A DNA stretch of 64,000 nucleotides. Source: an uncultured virus (IMG/VR IMGVR_UViG_2882649382_000014). Its lineage: Duplodnaviria > Heunggongvirae > Uroviricota > Caudoviricetes. The notes beneath the pieces were generated by a model. That model was not told where the DNA came from. It ran no database searches and saw nothing but the letters and a program-made list of their open reading frames with translations. A program made the position numbers and the translations under genes. The DNA is taken from IMG/VR virus record IMGVR_UViG_2882649382_000014, one strand, 5' to 3'. Below, piece after piece: positions 39,650 through 49,976 of this stretch; position 1 is the first letter of the stretch; each line of letters begins with the position of its first letter.

Positions 39650-40099
39650 ATGGCATATAAAAAATATTGTGCCCGGTGTGGGTGCAACAAACTGATAGAC
39701 GCAACAAAGACATATTGCGAGGCACACGCCAGAACAAACGCAGAACGAAACGCAGAGTACGACAGAACACAGAGAGATAGAAAGGCAAAGACGTTTTACA
39801 ATTCTGCCGAGTGGCAAACAGCGAGGGCAGCAGCGTTGGCAAGGGACACCGGAATAGATGTTTATATATACATGACAGAACATAGAGTAGTACCGGCTAC
39901 AATGGTACATCATATCGTAGAGTTGAGAGAGGACTACAGCAAGCGCAGCACACTTAGCAATCTGATAAGCATAAGTGAGGCGACACATGAGGGAGTGATC
40001 CGGCAGGCGTACAGCAGCCCGGACACAAAGCGGACAATGCAGCAGGCATTGAGGAAAGCGGTCAAGGACTATCAAAAGATAGTGGTAGGGGGTGGCTAG
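39650..40099 (+). CDS. HNH packaging endonuclease (HK97 gp74-like)
   Basis: FYNSAEW, ATMVHHIVEL, NLISISEATH; upstream of terS. Confidence 0.8.
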   Translation: MAYKKYCARCGCNKLIDATKTYCEAHARTNAERNAEYDRTQRDRKAKTFYNSAEWQTARAAALARDTGIDVYIYMTEHRVVPATMVHHIVELREDYSKRSTLSNLISISEATHEGVIRQAYSSPDTKRTMQQALRKAVKDYQKIVVGGG

Positions 40100-40191
40100 A
40101 AAGTTTTAGCCTAAATCTCCAAGACCGCAGCCCCCCTTTTTTCACGCAAAAACTCCCTAAATGAAATTTTTTTTGAGAGGAGGCAGAGGGC

Positions 40192-40692
40192 ATGGCAAGA
40201 CCAAGAGAGCCAATAGCACTTATTGAGGCTAAAGGAAAAAAACACCTAACCAAAGCAGAACGCGACGCAAGGAAAAAAGCAGAAATTACCGCGCCTTGCG
40301 ATAATGTAACGCCCCCGGCTTGGTTATCAAAAAAGGAAAAAGAAAAATTTAATGAAATTGCAAAACAGTTGTTAGATATTGGGATTATGTCAAACTTGGA
40401 TTGCGACATATTAGCGCGGTATGTAAGGAGCCAAACAGAGTATGAGAAGATTACACGGCAGTTAAGCAAAATAAAGTTTACGCCAGATAAAAAGAGCCGG
40501 GTTAGCGCAGAGGAGCAGATCGCAGAGCAGACCGGGCAGTATAATTATTTGCAAAAAATCCAAGTGAGGTTAGAAAAACAATGCAACGCAGACGCAAGGG
40601 AATTGGGACTAACAATTTCAAGCCGTTGCAGGCTAGTAATGCCAAAGAAAGAGGAAACGCCGCCGGAAAATAAATTTTTGAAACACGCATAG
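40192..40692 (+). CDS. terS: Terminase small subunit, P27 family
   Basis: PPAWLS, ELGLTISSRCRL. Confidence 0.9.
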   Translation: MARPREPIALIEAKGKKHLTKAERDARKKAEITAPCDNVTPPAWLSKKEKEKFNEIAKQLLDIGIMSNLDCDILARYVRSQTEYEKITRQLSKIKFTPDKKSRVSAEEQIAEQTGQYNYLQKIQVRLEKQCNADARELGLTISSRCRLVMPKKEETPPENKFLKHA

Positions 40693-40699
40693 GCAGAAT

Positions 40700-42436
40700 A
40701 TGACAGATCGAGTTACAGAATTTGCCCGGAAAAATCTAAAAAATAAAAAGGATTTCGGCGAGGACGCACGATTAGCATTTAGACGCCACTTGGACGACTT
40801 AAAGCGATCAAAAAAGAAAGATCCCAATTTCCCATATACTTTTAATGTGGAAAAATCAGAGGATATAATAGAGTTAGCAAATAAATTAACAATAGCAGAG
40901 GGCGAGGGAAACGAGAGTTTTACTTGCGTGGGGTTCCAAGAGTTTATTTTGGGATCCCTTTTTGGTTGGGTACACAAAGAAACAGGCAAGCGCAGGTTTA
41001 CGGATAGTTACGTTCAAGTATCAAGGCAGCAGGGAAAGAGTGTACTAAATGCTATTTTAGGCATAAAGTGTAGCAATTTTGATAATTACAATTACGGTCA
41101 AATCTATTGTACGGCTACAAAGGCAGATCAAGCGCGGATTGTGCTAAACGAGATAACAAAATTCATAAGAGCCGACAAAGATTTAGAGGAATTGTTTGAC
41201 ATAAAAGACTATAAAAATGAGATTACCGGAAAAATTACAAGCACGGTAATTAGGGCATTGGGCAGAGATACACACACGATTGACGGCTTTAGACCGTATT
41301 TAGGAATTGTTGACGAGTACCACGCGCATAAAGATAACCAGATGTATAAATTGCTAAAAGGTGGTACAAGAAAATTAAAACAATCGTTAGTATCAGTTAT
41401 CACAACAGCAGGTTTTAACCTAAATGCACCATGCTATGAATTGTATAAATATTGTCGGCGCGTGTTGAGGAAAATTGACAACAACGACCGGCAGTTTATT
41501 TATATAGCGCAAATGGATAAGGGCGACGATATTTGGAACCCGGAAAACTGGATTAAATGCTGCCCGCTGACAGGCAAGGATCCAGAATTGCTTGCAGCAA
41601 TGATTGAGGACGCAAAGAAAGCACAAAGCATGGGCGGCGCAGAAATGAGGGACTTTTTAACAAAAGCCCTTAATATATGGGTAACAAATGCAGAAACAGC
41701 ATTTATAGACCTTGCGGAGTGGGAGAAATGCGGAACCGGCAGAACATTAGAAGATTTTGCGGGAAAGCAAGTAGTTGTCGGCTTGGATTTATCGAGCGGA
41801 GGCGACCTAACAAGTTATTGTTTGGAATTTCCCTATGAGGACGAAAATACCGGCGACCGCCGGTATTTTTTGCATAGTCACAGCTTTATACCAAAAAACC
41901 GTATGCAAGAACACATGGACTTAGAGGACAACGCACCGTATGTAATATGGCAGCAGCAAGGACTTTTAACAGTGACAACAGCAGCCGGAGGCATAAAAAC
42001 GGATTACAAAACTATTTTAGGCAGCTTACATGAGGTTATAGACAAATATAGCCTTGATGTTATTGCTATTGGTTATGATCCGCACAATGCAAGTGCGTTT
42101 CTGTCTGATTTAGAGGATTTTGGTTGTGATTTAATTGAAATCAAGCAAAGCGCAAGAAGTCTTAACGACGCTACTATAGATTTTCAGCTAGAAGTAAAGG
42201 CACACAACATGGAATACAACGAAAACAACGTATTACTAACACGGTCAATGAATGACGCTATTTTATCAGAGCCTAACAGTTTTGGAGAAATAAAGATAGA
42301 TAAGATGTTACAGAAAAACCGTATAGATCCATGCGACGCCGCAATTTGCAGCCACAAAGTAGCAATGGGGGCAGATTTAGACACGGTAGACATTAACGAC
42401 AGCGTAGCAGCGTTTTTGGATTTGTACGACGAGTAA
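40700..42436 (+). CDS. terL: Terminase large subunit
   Basis: SRQQGKS, IVDEYH, ITTAG, GLDLS, RIDP. Confidence 0.95.
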   Translation: MTDRVTEFARKNLKNKKDFGEDARLAFRRHLDDLKRSKKKDPNFPYTFNVEKSEDIIELANKLTIAEGEGNESFTCVGFQEFILGSLFGWVHKETGKRRFTDSYVQVSRQQGKSVLNAILGIKCSNFDNYNYGQIYCTATKADQARIVLNEITKFIRADKDLEELFDIKDYKNEITGKITSTVIRALGRDTHTIDGFRPYLGIVDEYHAHKDNQMYKLLKGGTRKLKQSLVSVITTAGFNLNAPCYELYKYCRRVLRKIDNNDRQFIYIAQMDKGDDIWNPENWIKCCPLTGKDPELLAAMIEDAKKAQSMGGAEMRDFLTKALNIWVTNAETAFIDLAEWEKCGTGRTLEDFAGKQVVVGLDLSSGGDLTSYCLEFPYEDENTGDRRYFLHSHSFIPKNRMQEHMDLEDNAPYVIWQQQGLLTVTTAAGGIKTDYKTILGSLHEVIDKYSLDVIAIGYDPHNASAFLSDLEDFGCDLIEIKQSARSLNDATIDFQLEVKAHNMEYNENNVLLTRSMNDAILSEPNSFGEIKIDKMLQKNRIDPCDAAICSHKVAMGADLDTVDINDSVAAFLDLYDE

Positions 42437-42442
42437 AGGCAG

Positions 42443-43711
42443 GTGGAAAAAGTGAATGTTTTTGAAATGATACAAAACACAGCGGCAGGACGGAGGAAAA
42501 ACCATACAGCAGTAGGCTTGAATGACGAAAAATTATTGCAGTGGTTAGGAATATCCGCACCATTTAACAAGCCGATCCAAGAAATTACTTACTTTACTTG
42601 CCTAAAGATGTTATCAGAAACAGTAGGGAAAATGCCTATTAAGTTTTACGCAAGGGGCAGGCAGGAGGCAGAGCCGAACAGGGTATATTATCTGCTAAAG
42701 CACAGACCAAACCAGCTTATGACGCCTACAACATTTTGGACGGCGGTAGAAAATAACCGTAATCATTTTGGAAATGCCTATGTTTGGATCCAGAGTGAAT
42801 TTAATAAAAAGAAATATGGCGGGGATTATTCCGTAAAAGGCTTGTGGATTATGCCGAGCAGCGACGTAACCGTAATTGTTGACGATAAGGGCGTATTTGG
42901 AGGCAAGGGAGATATTTATTATTGGTATTCTGACAAATACAGCGGGGAAAGTTATTTTTTCAAAAGCCACGAGGTATTACATTTTAAGACCTCTACAACA
43001 TTTGACGGAATAACCGGCGCAAGCGTCCGAGAAATACTGAAAAGCAGCATTGACGGAGCAATAGCGGCACAGAATTTCAAAAACAATTTGTATGAGGGAG
43101 GTTTGACGGCAAGGGCAGCATTGCAGTACACCGGGGATCTTGATCCCAAAAAAGAAAAGAAACTGATAGAAAAATTTGAGAAGTACGCAACCGGCGTAAA
43201 CAACGCGGGGAAATTTATCCCGGTTCCTATTGGAATGAAAATCGAGCCGTTAAGTATCAGCTTGACAGACAGCCAGTATTACGAATTGGCAAAATATACA
43301 GCATTACAAATAGCCGGGGCTTTTGGAATAAAGCCAAACCAGATTAACGATTACGAGAAAAGCAGCTACAGCAATTCAGAAATGCAGCAACTTTCTTTCT
43401 ACGTCGATACCGAGTTATACATACTCAAACAGTACGAGGAGGAAATTAACTATAAGTTGTTGGATCCCGCAGAGGAGGAGGCAGGGTTATATTACAAATT
43501 CAATGAAAATGTAATATTGAGAACCGACACCAAGAGCCAAGCCGAGATCTTGAGTAAGTATGTGCAGAATGGGATCAGAACACCAAACGAGGCAAGGGCT
43601 TTACTGGACGCGCCAGACAAACCGGGCGGGGACGACCTAATGTGTAATGGAAATTACATTAAATTGACACAGTTAGGAGAAAATTACAAAAAGAAAGGGG
43701 GAAAACAGTAG
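42443..43711 (+). CDS. Portal protein, HK97 family
   Basis: HFGNAY, EVLHFK, IAGAFGIKP, TPNEAR. Confidence 0.95.
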   Translation: MEKVNVFEMIQNTAAGRRKNHTAVGLNDEKLLQWLGISAPFNKPIQEITYFTCLKMLSETVGKMPIKFYARGRQEAEPNRVYYLLKHRPNQLMTPTTFWTAVENNRNHFGNAYVWIQSEFNKKKYGGDYSVKGLWIMPSSDVTVIVDDKGVFGGKGDIYYWYSDKYSGESYFFKSHEVLHFKTSTTFDGITGASVREILKSSIDGAIAAQNFKNNLYEGGLTARAALQYTGDLDPKKEKKLIEKFEKYATGVNNAGKFIPVPIGMKIEPLSISLTDSQYYELAKYTALQIAGAFGIKPNQINDYEKSSYSNSEMQQLSFYVDTELYILKQYEEEINYKLLDPAEEEAGLYYKFNENVILRTDTKSQAEILSKYVQNGIRTPNEARALLDAPDKPGGDDLMCNGNYIKLTQLGENYKKKGGKQ

Positions 43712-44553
43712 TGCCAATCTTAGAATTAAAGAAACGCGACCGAAACAACAAATTTCGGAAAGTGGGCAGCATAGAAATAAGGAACCAGACAGAAAACACA
43801 GCGGATCTTTGTTTTTTTGGAGATATAAACAGCGAAAGTTTAGGCGAATGGCAAAAATATTATCCAGAGGACAAAGCCCCAAGCGACGTGCAGGACTTCT
43901 TAGACCAGTTAGAAAACGTGTCAAAGATCAATGTGCATATAAACAGCGGGGGAGGCAGTGTTTTTGGTGGCATTGCCATATACAATATTTTATTGCGGTA
44001 TGACGCAGAAATTACAGTATATGTTGAGGGTTTGGCGGCTAGTATCGCGTCTGTTATCGCTATGGCAGGCGATAAAATCATTATACCGAGAAACGCGCAA
44101 ATGATGATACATAAGCCGTCAAGTATTGCGTGGGGCGACGCGGACGAAATGAGAAAAGAGGCAGATATATTGGACGGCTGCCAGAAAGTAATTTTAAGTA
44201 CCTATATGCGCCACACAAAGGAGGGTGTTACAGAGGAACAAATTAACGACCTCATTAACGCGGAAACATGGAAAAATGGCGACGAGTGGCAGGAATATTT
44301 TGATATTGAAGTATCAGAGGCAAACACAGCCGCAGCCGCAACAAGTGAATATTTCGGCAAATATCTTAATTTGCCCGAAAACTTAAAAGAAAACCCGGAT
44401 CAACACGAAAACGCATACACAATGGAGCGGTTAGCCGACGTTGTAGCGGATCGAGTGTTGGAACGGATCAAGCAGCAGGAAAAACAAAAAGAGCCGCAGG
44501 ACGATTACGAGCGGCAGGCAGCAGAAATATTAGAGGACTTAGACTTAATCTAA
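43711..44553 (+). CDS. ClpP-like head maturation protease
   Basis: HINSGGGSVFGG, AASIASVIAMAG, MMIHKP. Confidence 0.95.
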   Translation: MPILELKKRDRNNKFRKVGSIEIRNQTENTADLCFFGDINSESLGEWQKYYPEDKAPSDVQDFLDQLENVSKINVHINSGGGSVFGGIAIYNILLRYDAEITVYVEGLAASIASVIAMAGDKIIIPRNAQMMIHKPSSIAWGDADEMRKEADILDGCQKVILSTYMRHTKEGVTEEQINDLINAETWKNGDEWQEYFDIEVSEANTAAAATSEYFGKYLNLPENLKENPDQHENAYTMERLADVVADRVLERIKQQEKQKEPQDDYERQAAEILEDLDLI

Positions 44554-44596
44554 GTTCTTTTTTTATTTTATAAAAGAAAAAATGGAGGGTTAGAAC

Positions 44597-45970
44597 ATGA
44601 GCAAAGAGTTAAGGGCATTGCTAAATGCAATCAACGCAAAAAAAACAGAGGTAAGAGAATTGGTAGCAAGTAAAAAGTTGGAGGACGCAAAAGCAGCCAA
44701 AGAGGAGTTGCGCGACTTGCAGGTGCAATTTGATATTTTGGCAGACTTGGAGGACGACGACGCAGAACAGGCGCAGCAGGACGCGGAAAAAGGAAAAGGA
44801 AAGGTTGCAGGCACTATTGACGCAGCGAAACAGCAGATCACAGCATTTGTAAACGCGATTAAAGCGGCACACAAAAAACAGCCAGTTTCTAAAGAGGACG
44901 CAGAGATCCTTAATGCAATGTCAGAGGGCAGCGACGAGGACGGCGGCTTGACAGTGCCAAAAGATGTTAAAACGAAAATAAAAGAATTGCGACGCAGCGA
45001 GGACGCATTGGAAACTTTGGTAAATGTGGAGCGCGTAAGCACAAACAGCGGCAGCAGGGTAATTGAGCGCGAGGCAGACCAGACACCGTTTGACAATGTA
45101 GAGGAGGCGGCAGAGTTCCCGGAGGTATCTACACCGCAGTTTGATAATATCGAGTACAAAATCCACAAAAAAGGCGGTATCTTGAAAGTAACAAGGGAAT
45201 TGCTACAAGATACCGCAGAAAACCTTATGAGTTATCTCAAAAAGTGGATTTCAAAGAAAGCGAAAGCAACAAGAAATTTTTTGATTATCAAGAAGATCAA
45301 GGAGATTTGCGGGGGCTTAGAGGTTCCAGTGAAAGGATTTGACGACCTCAAAGACATTTTTAATGTAATGTTGGATCCGGCAATTACAGCAGGCGCGGTA
45401 GTGCTGACAAATCAGAGCGGCTTTAATTTCCTTGATAAGTTAAAAGACGAGAGAGGGGACTATATCTTACAGAAAGATCCTACGCAGTCTACAAGGCGGC
45501 TTTTATTTGGTGTTTATCCGGTCAAGGTGGTATCAAACAAAACTTTTCAGAATATCGCAGGCAAAGCACCTATTGTATGCGGAGATTTGAAAGAGGCAAT
45601 TACAATATTTGACCGCGAAACACTGACAATCGACATTACAGACCTTGCAGCGGGAGCATGGGAAAAAGATCAGACGAGCATTAAAGTAAGAGAACGCTTA
45701 GACATTCAGACCGTGGATCCAGACGCAATTATTATGGGATTGGCAGATATTGGACTTTCTACCGGCGACAGCAACAATGACGGAGTAAAAGACGACATTA
45801 ACGGCGACGGCGAATACAGCGAGGCAGAGTTAAACAAGTTGAGCCGGGAAAATATTATTAAATTGGCAGAGGAGAACGGCTACACAATGACAAAGACGGC
45901 AGAGGACAAGAAAGCAGAGGTTATAGAGGACTTTTTGACGCAGCAGGAGGCAGCAAAGGCAAAGGAATAA
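44597..45970 (+). CDS. Major capsid protein, HK97 fold, with C-terminal extension
   Basis: Coiled-coil delta domain, DGGLTVP, LKDERGDYIL, GDLKEA. Confidence 0.95.
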   Translation: MSKELRALLNAINAKKTEVRELVASKKLEDAKAAKEELRDLQVQFDILADLEDDDAEQAQQDAEKGKGKVAGTIDAAKQQITAFVNAIKAAHKKQPVSKEDAEILNAMSEGSDEDGGLTVPKDVKTKIKELRRSEDALETLVNVERVSTNSGSRVIEREADQTPFDNVEEAAEFPEVSTPQFDNIEYKIHKKGGILKVTRELLQDTAENLMSYLKKWISKKAKATRNFLIIKKIKEICGGLEVPVKGFDDLKDIFNVMLDPAITAGAVVLTNQSGFNFLDKLKDERGDYILQKDPTQSTRRLLFGVYPVKVVSNKTFQNIAGKAPIVCGDLKEAITIFDRETLTIDITDLAAGAWEKDQTSIKVRERLDIQTVDPDAIIMGLADIGLSTGDSNNDGVKDDINGDGEYSEAELNKLSRENIIKLAEENGYTMTKTAEDKKAEVIEDFLTQQEAAKAKE

Positions 45971-46017
45971 GGTAAGAGCGGCGGTAAAACCGCCGCCAGT
46001 AACCGGAAAGGCGAATT

Positions 46018-46326
46018 ATGATATTAACACTAGATGAAGTTAAAAACTATCTTAGGGTTGATCTGGACGACGACGACGCACTCATACAGTCTTTTATTGT
46101 TGCGGCAGAGGCATACTTAAAAAATGCGACAGGAAAAGAATACCCGGAAACAGATAGCGCGGGCAATACAGCAGAGTATGAGTTAGAAAAGGTATATCTT
46201 AATTTGCTTATTGCCTATTGGTACGAAAACAGATCGGCGGCACCGAGAAATAAAAGCCTTAACGGAGCAGTGCCGGACGAATTTACCTTTTCTACGCGTT
46301 CACTGTTATTACAATTACAGTTATGA
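46018..46326 (+). CDS. Head-tail connector (gp6-like)
   Basis: LDEVKNYLRVD...DDALI...WYENR. Confidence 0.9.
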   Translation: MILTLDEVKNYLRVDLDDDDALIQSFIVAAEAYLKNATGKEYPETDSAGNTAEYELEKVYLNLLIAYWYENRSAAPRNKSLNGAVPDEFTFSTRSLLLQLQL

Positions 46327-46338
46327 GGAGGCGGCAGC

Positions 46339-46689
46339 GTGGATATTGGAAGATTAAATAAAAGAGTTACATTTTGCCGCTATAGCGAGGAGGAAAACGA
46401 GTTAAAGCAGTTGCAGCAGCGGTTAAAGCCTATAAAAACAGTTTGGGCGACCGTAGAACCGAAAAGCGGCAGAGAGTATATAGAGGCAGACAAGGAACGC
46501 CCGGAATTAACCTATATCATCACTGTAAGATACCAGAAAGACATAACGCCGGATATGTTTATACAGTTCAAAGGACGGTTATTTAATATTAAGTCAATCC
46601 GCAATATAAGGGAGGCTGACGAAATGTTAGAAATATCGTGTACGGAGAAAATAGACGAGAAACGAGAAATAGAAAAAGAGGAACGGTAA
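46339..46689 (+). CDS. Head closure protein
   Basis: GRLNKRVTF, TVWA, GREY. Confidence 0.85.
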   Translation: MDIGRLNKRVTFCRYSEEENELKQLQQRLKPIKTVWATVEPKSGREYIEADKERPELTYIITVRYQKDITPDMFIQFKGRLFNIKSIRNIREADEMLEISCTEKIDEKREIEKEER

Positions 46690-46697
46690 ATTATGGG

Positions 46698-46726
46698 TAG
46701 AAAAAAAGAGAAAAAGGAGGTATAAT
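46698..46726 (+). promoter_or_regulatory. Putative promoter of the moron
   Basis: TAGAAA-17 bp-TATAAT; AGGAGG RBS before ATG 46753. Confidence 0.45.
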
Positions 46727-46752
46727 GTAAAGAAAAACATAGGAGGTAGGTA

Positions 46753-47387
46753 ATGAAAGATGTGTCAGACAGAAATCAAAAAACCGAACAAAAGTTCGGG
46801 GGGGGGGGGTAAAATTTCCCTTATTAAAAAAATGGTGGTTTTGGGTAATTGTTGTTGTAGCAGTAGCGGCAATAGCATTTACTGATACACCAGAGGATAA
46901 GCCAGAGAGTGAACCGGTAGCCAATACAGCAACAGAACAACCAAAGGAAACAGGCAAGGCAGAGGAGAGCGAAAAGCCGACACAAGAGCCGACCGAACAA
47001 CCGGAGGTAACGGAACACCGAAAAGGAATGTATGGTGTCAGTGACAAAAATATAAAGGACACTGATATTTATTTCGGGGCTACTAAGGTCAGAAATGACG
47101 TAACAGAAAAATGGAGAATATCAACAATATCCGAAAACATAGAAATTCTTGACTATGCGCTAAGTTATTACAAAGAATACTTTTCAGATGATTCGGAAGT
47201 ACACGCAATAGTGAATTTTGCAAATAAAACAACAACCAAAATAACGGTTGTCGCAGATCAAATTGACGTAAGTATTTTCGAGTATGTAGACAAGGAGGAA
47301 CACGACGCGAAAGTATTATTTAGTGGAAGTCTACTAAAAGAGTATTCAATATACACGGATAACGGAGATATTGAGGAAATAAAATAA
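46753..47387 (+). pseudogene. Moron: membrane-anchored protein, out of frame at a G12 tract
   Basis: ATG 46753...TTC G12 TAA; G13 or G10 opens KKWWFWVIVVVAVAAIAF, a Pro/Glu/Thr linker and the 47028..47387 domain. Confidence 0.8.
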
Positions 47388-47391
47388 TTTT

Positions 47392-47430
47392 GATTGCCGC
47401 GCTTAACAAATGGTTAAGGCGGCAATTTTT
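47392..47430 (+). terminator. Moron terminator
   Basis: ATTGCCGC.CTTAAC...GTTAAGGCGGCAAT followed by TTTT. Confidence 0.65.
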
Positions 47431-47446
47431 GATTGGAGGCGATAAA

Positions 47447-47872
47447 ACGGCGAATTTTAATTTTACTATGGAGGGCATAGACGAATTAGAAAAGGATTTG
47501 ACGGAGGCAATAGGGGAATACCCGGTAACTATGAGGGCAGGGCTTAAAGATATTGCCAAAGACTTTAGAAAGTCCGTGAGGGCTAGGACGCCAGACGGAA
47601 ACAACCATAAAGGCGACGCCTCTATAAAATTGCGGCGAAAGTTCGGCATTAAAATGTTAGAGGACGGAGTAGCAAGCGTAGCACTTGTATATAACAGCGC
47701 AAGGCATTTTCATTTAGTAGAGAACGGTCATAACCTTGTAAGGGGCGGTCAGACAGTGGGGTTTGTTCCGGGTAAACACATGATGGAACAAACAAGAAAT
47801 GAGTATGAAAGTAAAGTGCCGGAACGCTTTGAAAAATTATGCGACGAGGCATTAAGGAGGCATGATTTATAA
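47447..47872 (+). CDS. HK97 gp10-like tail completion protein (apparent ACG start; next ATG at 47468)
   Basis: HFHLVENGH, GFVPGKHMM. Confidence 0.85.
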   Translation, partial: TANFNFTMEGIDELEKDLTEAIGEYPVTMRAGLKDIAKDFRKSVRARTPDGNNHKGDASIKLRRKFGIKMLEDGVASVALVYNSARHFHLVENGHNLVRGGQTVGFVPGKHMMEQTRNEYESKVPERFEKLCDEALRRHDL

Positions 47873-48315
47873 TGTTATCCCAAGCAGCAATAAAAACGGC
47901 AGCAAATGAGTTGTTAAAAAACGCTACCGGATTGAAAATATACGGCAAAGAGATTACAGAGGGCTATACAACGCCCTCTTTATTTATTGAAATTATATCA
48001 AAGCCATTTCAGAGAGAAACAAGAGATTTTGCAAAATCGGGTTTTACACTGAAAATAACATATTTTCAAGAGGCACCAGACGAATTGCAGCAACTACAGC
48101 TTGTAGACACGGTAAAAGAGGCTTTCGGCATGGTTTTTACTGTGCAGGACAGGAGATTAACAGTAGGAGAAATAACCAACGATTATATAGGGCAAAAAGA
48201 AGATATTTTGCAAATATCAGTTGATTTTGAGTTTTACGAAAACACAACCACAGAACCGGAGGGAGAAACAGCCGGGGAAATGGATTTTAATTTATCAAAG
48301 ACAGAGGAGGCATAA
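47872..48315 (+). CDS. Tail terminator-like protein
   Basis: Gene order; EGYTTPSLFI. Confidence 0.7.
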   Translation: MLSQAAIKTAANELLKNATGLKIYGKEITEGYTTPSLFIEIISKPFQRETRDFAKSGFTLKITYFQEAPDELQQLQLVDTVKEAFGMVFTVQDRRLTVGEITNDYIGQKEDILQISVDFEFYENTTTEPEGETAGEMDFNLSKTEEA

Positions 48316-48316
48316 C

Positions 48317-49459
48317 ATGAGCGATATTAAAGCACCGGAAATTAACATTTCCTTTACCGAGAGGGCTAAAAGCGTAATCGAGAGAGGATCCAGAGGCATT
48401 GTATTATTGGGCGTAAAAGACACCTTTGTAATGCCTATGGTAAACCCTATCACGATTACAAGCCCCGGCGATATTCCAAGCGGGATAGCGGACGTTACAA
48501 AGGAGCAGATTAAGTTAGCACTTATCGGCTACCAGACGACGCCTATTAAAGTTTTGGTGTATGGCATGGGCGTAGACGAGGAGGGAGCGAATGTAGATGA
48601 GGCATACACAGCCGCGTTAAAAGCATGGGAAACAATCAAATTTGATTATTTGGCAATTCCCACCGTGTCAACAGACGGAAAGGCGCAGGAGATCGCCGCA
48701 TGGATTAAAACCATGAGGGAAAAGAAAAAGAGAATTAAGGCAGTGTTGCCGCATACACCGGCAGACCATGAGGGGATTATCAATTACACGATTGATAAAA
48801 ATGTGTTCGCAGAGGACATTACACAGAAAGACGGAAGTGTAGAGCGGATCACGACAGAATATAATTGTGAACAGTATTGCGGCAGAATTGCCGGGCTTAT
48901 TGCCGGGACACCGTTACAGATTTCGGCGACGTATGCGCCAATGTCAGAATTGGACGATTGCACAAGATTAGAAGATATTGACACGCCGGTAAGCAAAGGC
49001 GAATTTATTATTTTCTACGACGGCGAAAAAGTCAAAACGGTAAGAGCGGTAAACAGCTTTGTAACGACGGTGCAAGGAAAAGGCGACAGCTACAAAAAGA
49101 TTAAAATTGTAGACGCTATGGATCTAATAGCAGACGACATTACAAAGACGGCGCAGGACAGCTATTTAGGAAAATTCCCAAACAGCTACGATAACAAATG
49201 CGTGCTGATTACAGCAATTAAAGGTTATCTCAAACAGTTATCTATGGACGAAATCATAGATACGGATTACGAGGTAACTTTTGATATAGACGCTTTGAGG
49301 ACGTACCACATCAGCAGGGGAAAATATACCGAGGAGCAGTTAGCGGCAATGGACGACACAGCAATAGCAAAGTTAGGAACCGGATCTAAAGTGTTCTTAA
49401 AAGGCAATGTAACCATATTAGACGCTATGGAAGATGTTGACTTGCCTATTGCAATCTAA
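48317..49459 (+). CDS. Tail sheath protein (XkdK-like)
   Basis: ADHEGIIN, RIAGLIAG, VRAVNS, KKIKIVDAMD, DAMED. Confidence 0.9.
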   Translation: MSDIKAPEINISFTERAKSVIERGSRGIVLLGVKDTFVMPMVNPITITSPGDIPSGIADVTKEQIKLALIGYQTTPIKVLVYGMGVDEEGANVDEAYTAALKAWETIKFDYLAIPTVSTDGKAQEIAAWIKTMREKKKRIKAVLPHTPADHEGIINYTIDKNVFAEDITQKDGSVERITTEYNCEQYCGRIAGLIAGTPLQISATYAPMSELDDCTRLEDIDTPVSKGEFIIFYDGEKVKTVRAVNSFVTTVQGKGDSYKKIKIVDAMDLIADDITKTAQDSYLGKFPNSYDNKCVLITAIKGYLKQLSMDEIIDTDYEVTFDIDALRTYHISRGKYTEEQLAAMDDTAIAKLGTGSKVFLKGNVTILDAMEDVDLPIAI

Positions 49460-49476
49460 AAGGAGGTAACGACAAA

Positions 49477-49905
49477 ATGAAAGAATTTAAGCCAGAACAG
49501 GTAATTAGCGGCACATGGGGGCAAATTTGGTATGACGGCGAGTACATGGCAGAAACGATCTCATGTAAAGCGGAGGTAAGTTATAAGAAAACGGCAGTGC
49601 AGCAGGTTTGCAAGATGATTGAGGGGCAAAAAATTACCGGCTTGGAGCCAAAGGGAGAATTTAAGATCCACCACATTAACAGCACTGTTATGAAAAAGGA
49701 GCAGGAGGCGTTAAAAGCAGGAAAAACAGCGACACATACAATTATTACCAACGTAGACGATCCCGACGCAATCGGAGCGGAAAGAATAGCGTTTTATAAT
49801 TGCGTTCTTGATAAGATGATTTTGACGGATTTTGAGAGCGGTAAAATGGGCGAGCGTTCTTATGGGTTTACGTTTGACAGTTGGGAGCTTTTGGAAACTA
49901 TTTAA
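49477..49905 (+). CDS. Tail tube protein (XkdM-like)
   Basis: ISGTWGQIWYDG, DDPDAIGAERI, GFTF. Confidence 0.9.
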   Translation: MKEFKPEQVISGTWGQIWYDGEYMAETISCKAEVSYKKTAVQQVCKMIEGQKITGLEPKGEFKIHHINSTVMKKEQEALKAGKTATHTIITNVDDPDAIGAERIAFYNCVLDKMILTDFESGKMGERSYGFTFDSWELLETI

Positions 49906-49919
49906 TAAACAAATCAACG

Positions 49920-49952
49920 AAAGGGCTACGCGGCAGGCATAGCCCTTTTTTT
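49920..49952 (+). terminator. Terminator-like hairpin after the tube gene
   Basis: AAAGGGCTA...TAGCCCTTTTTTT. Confidence 0.65.
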
Positions 49953-49976
49953 AATGCAAAAAACGGAGGTAGAACA

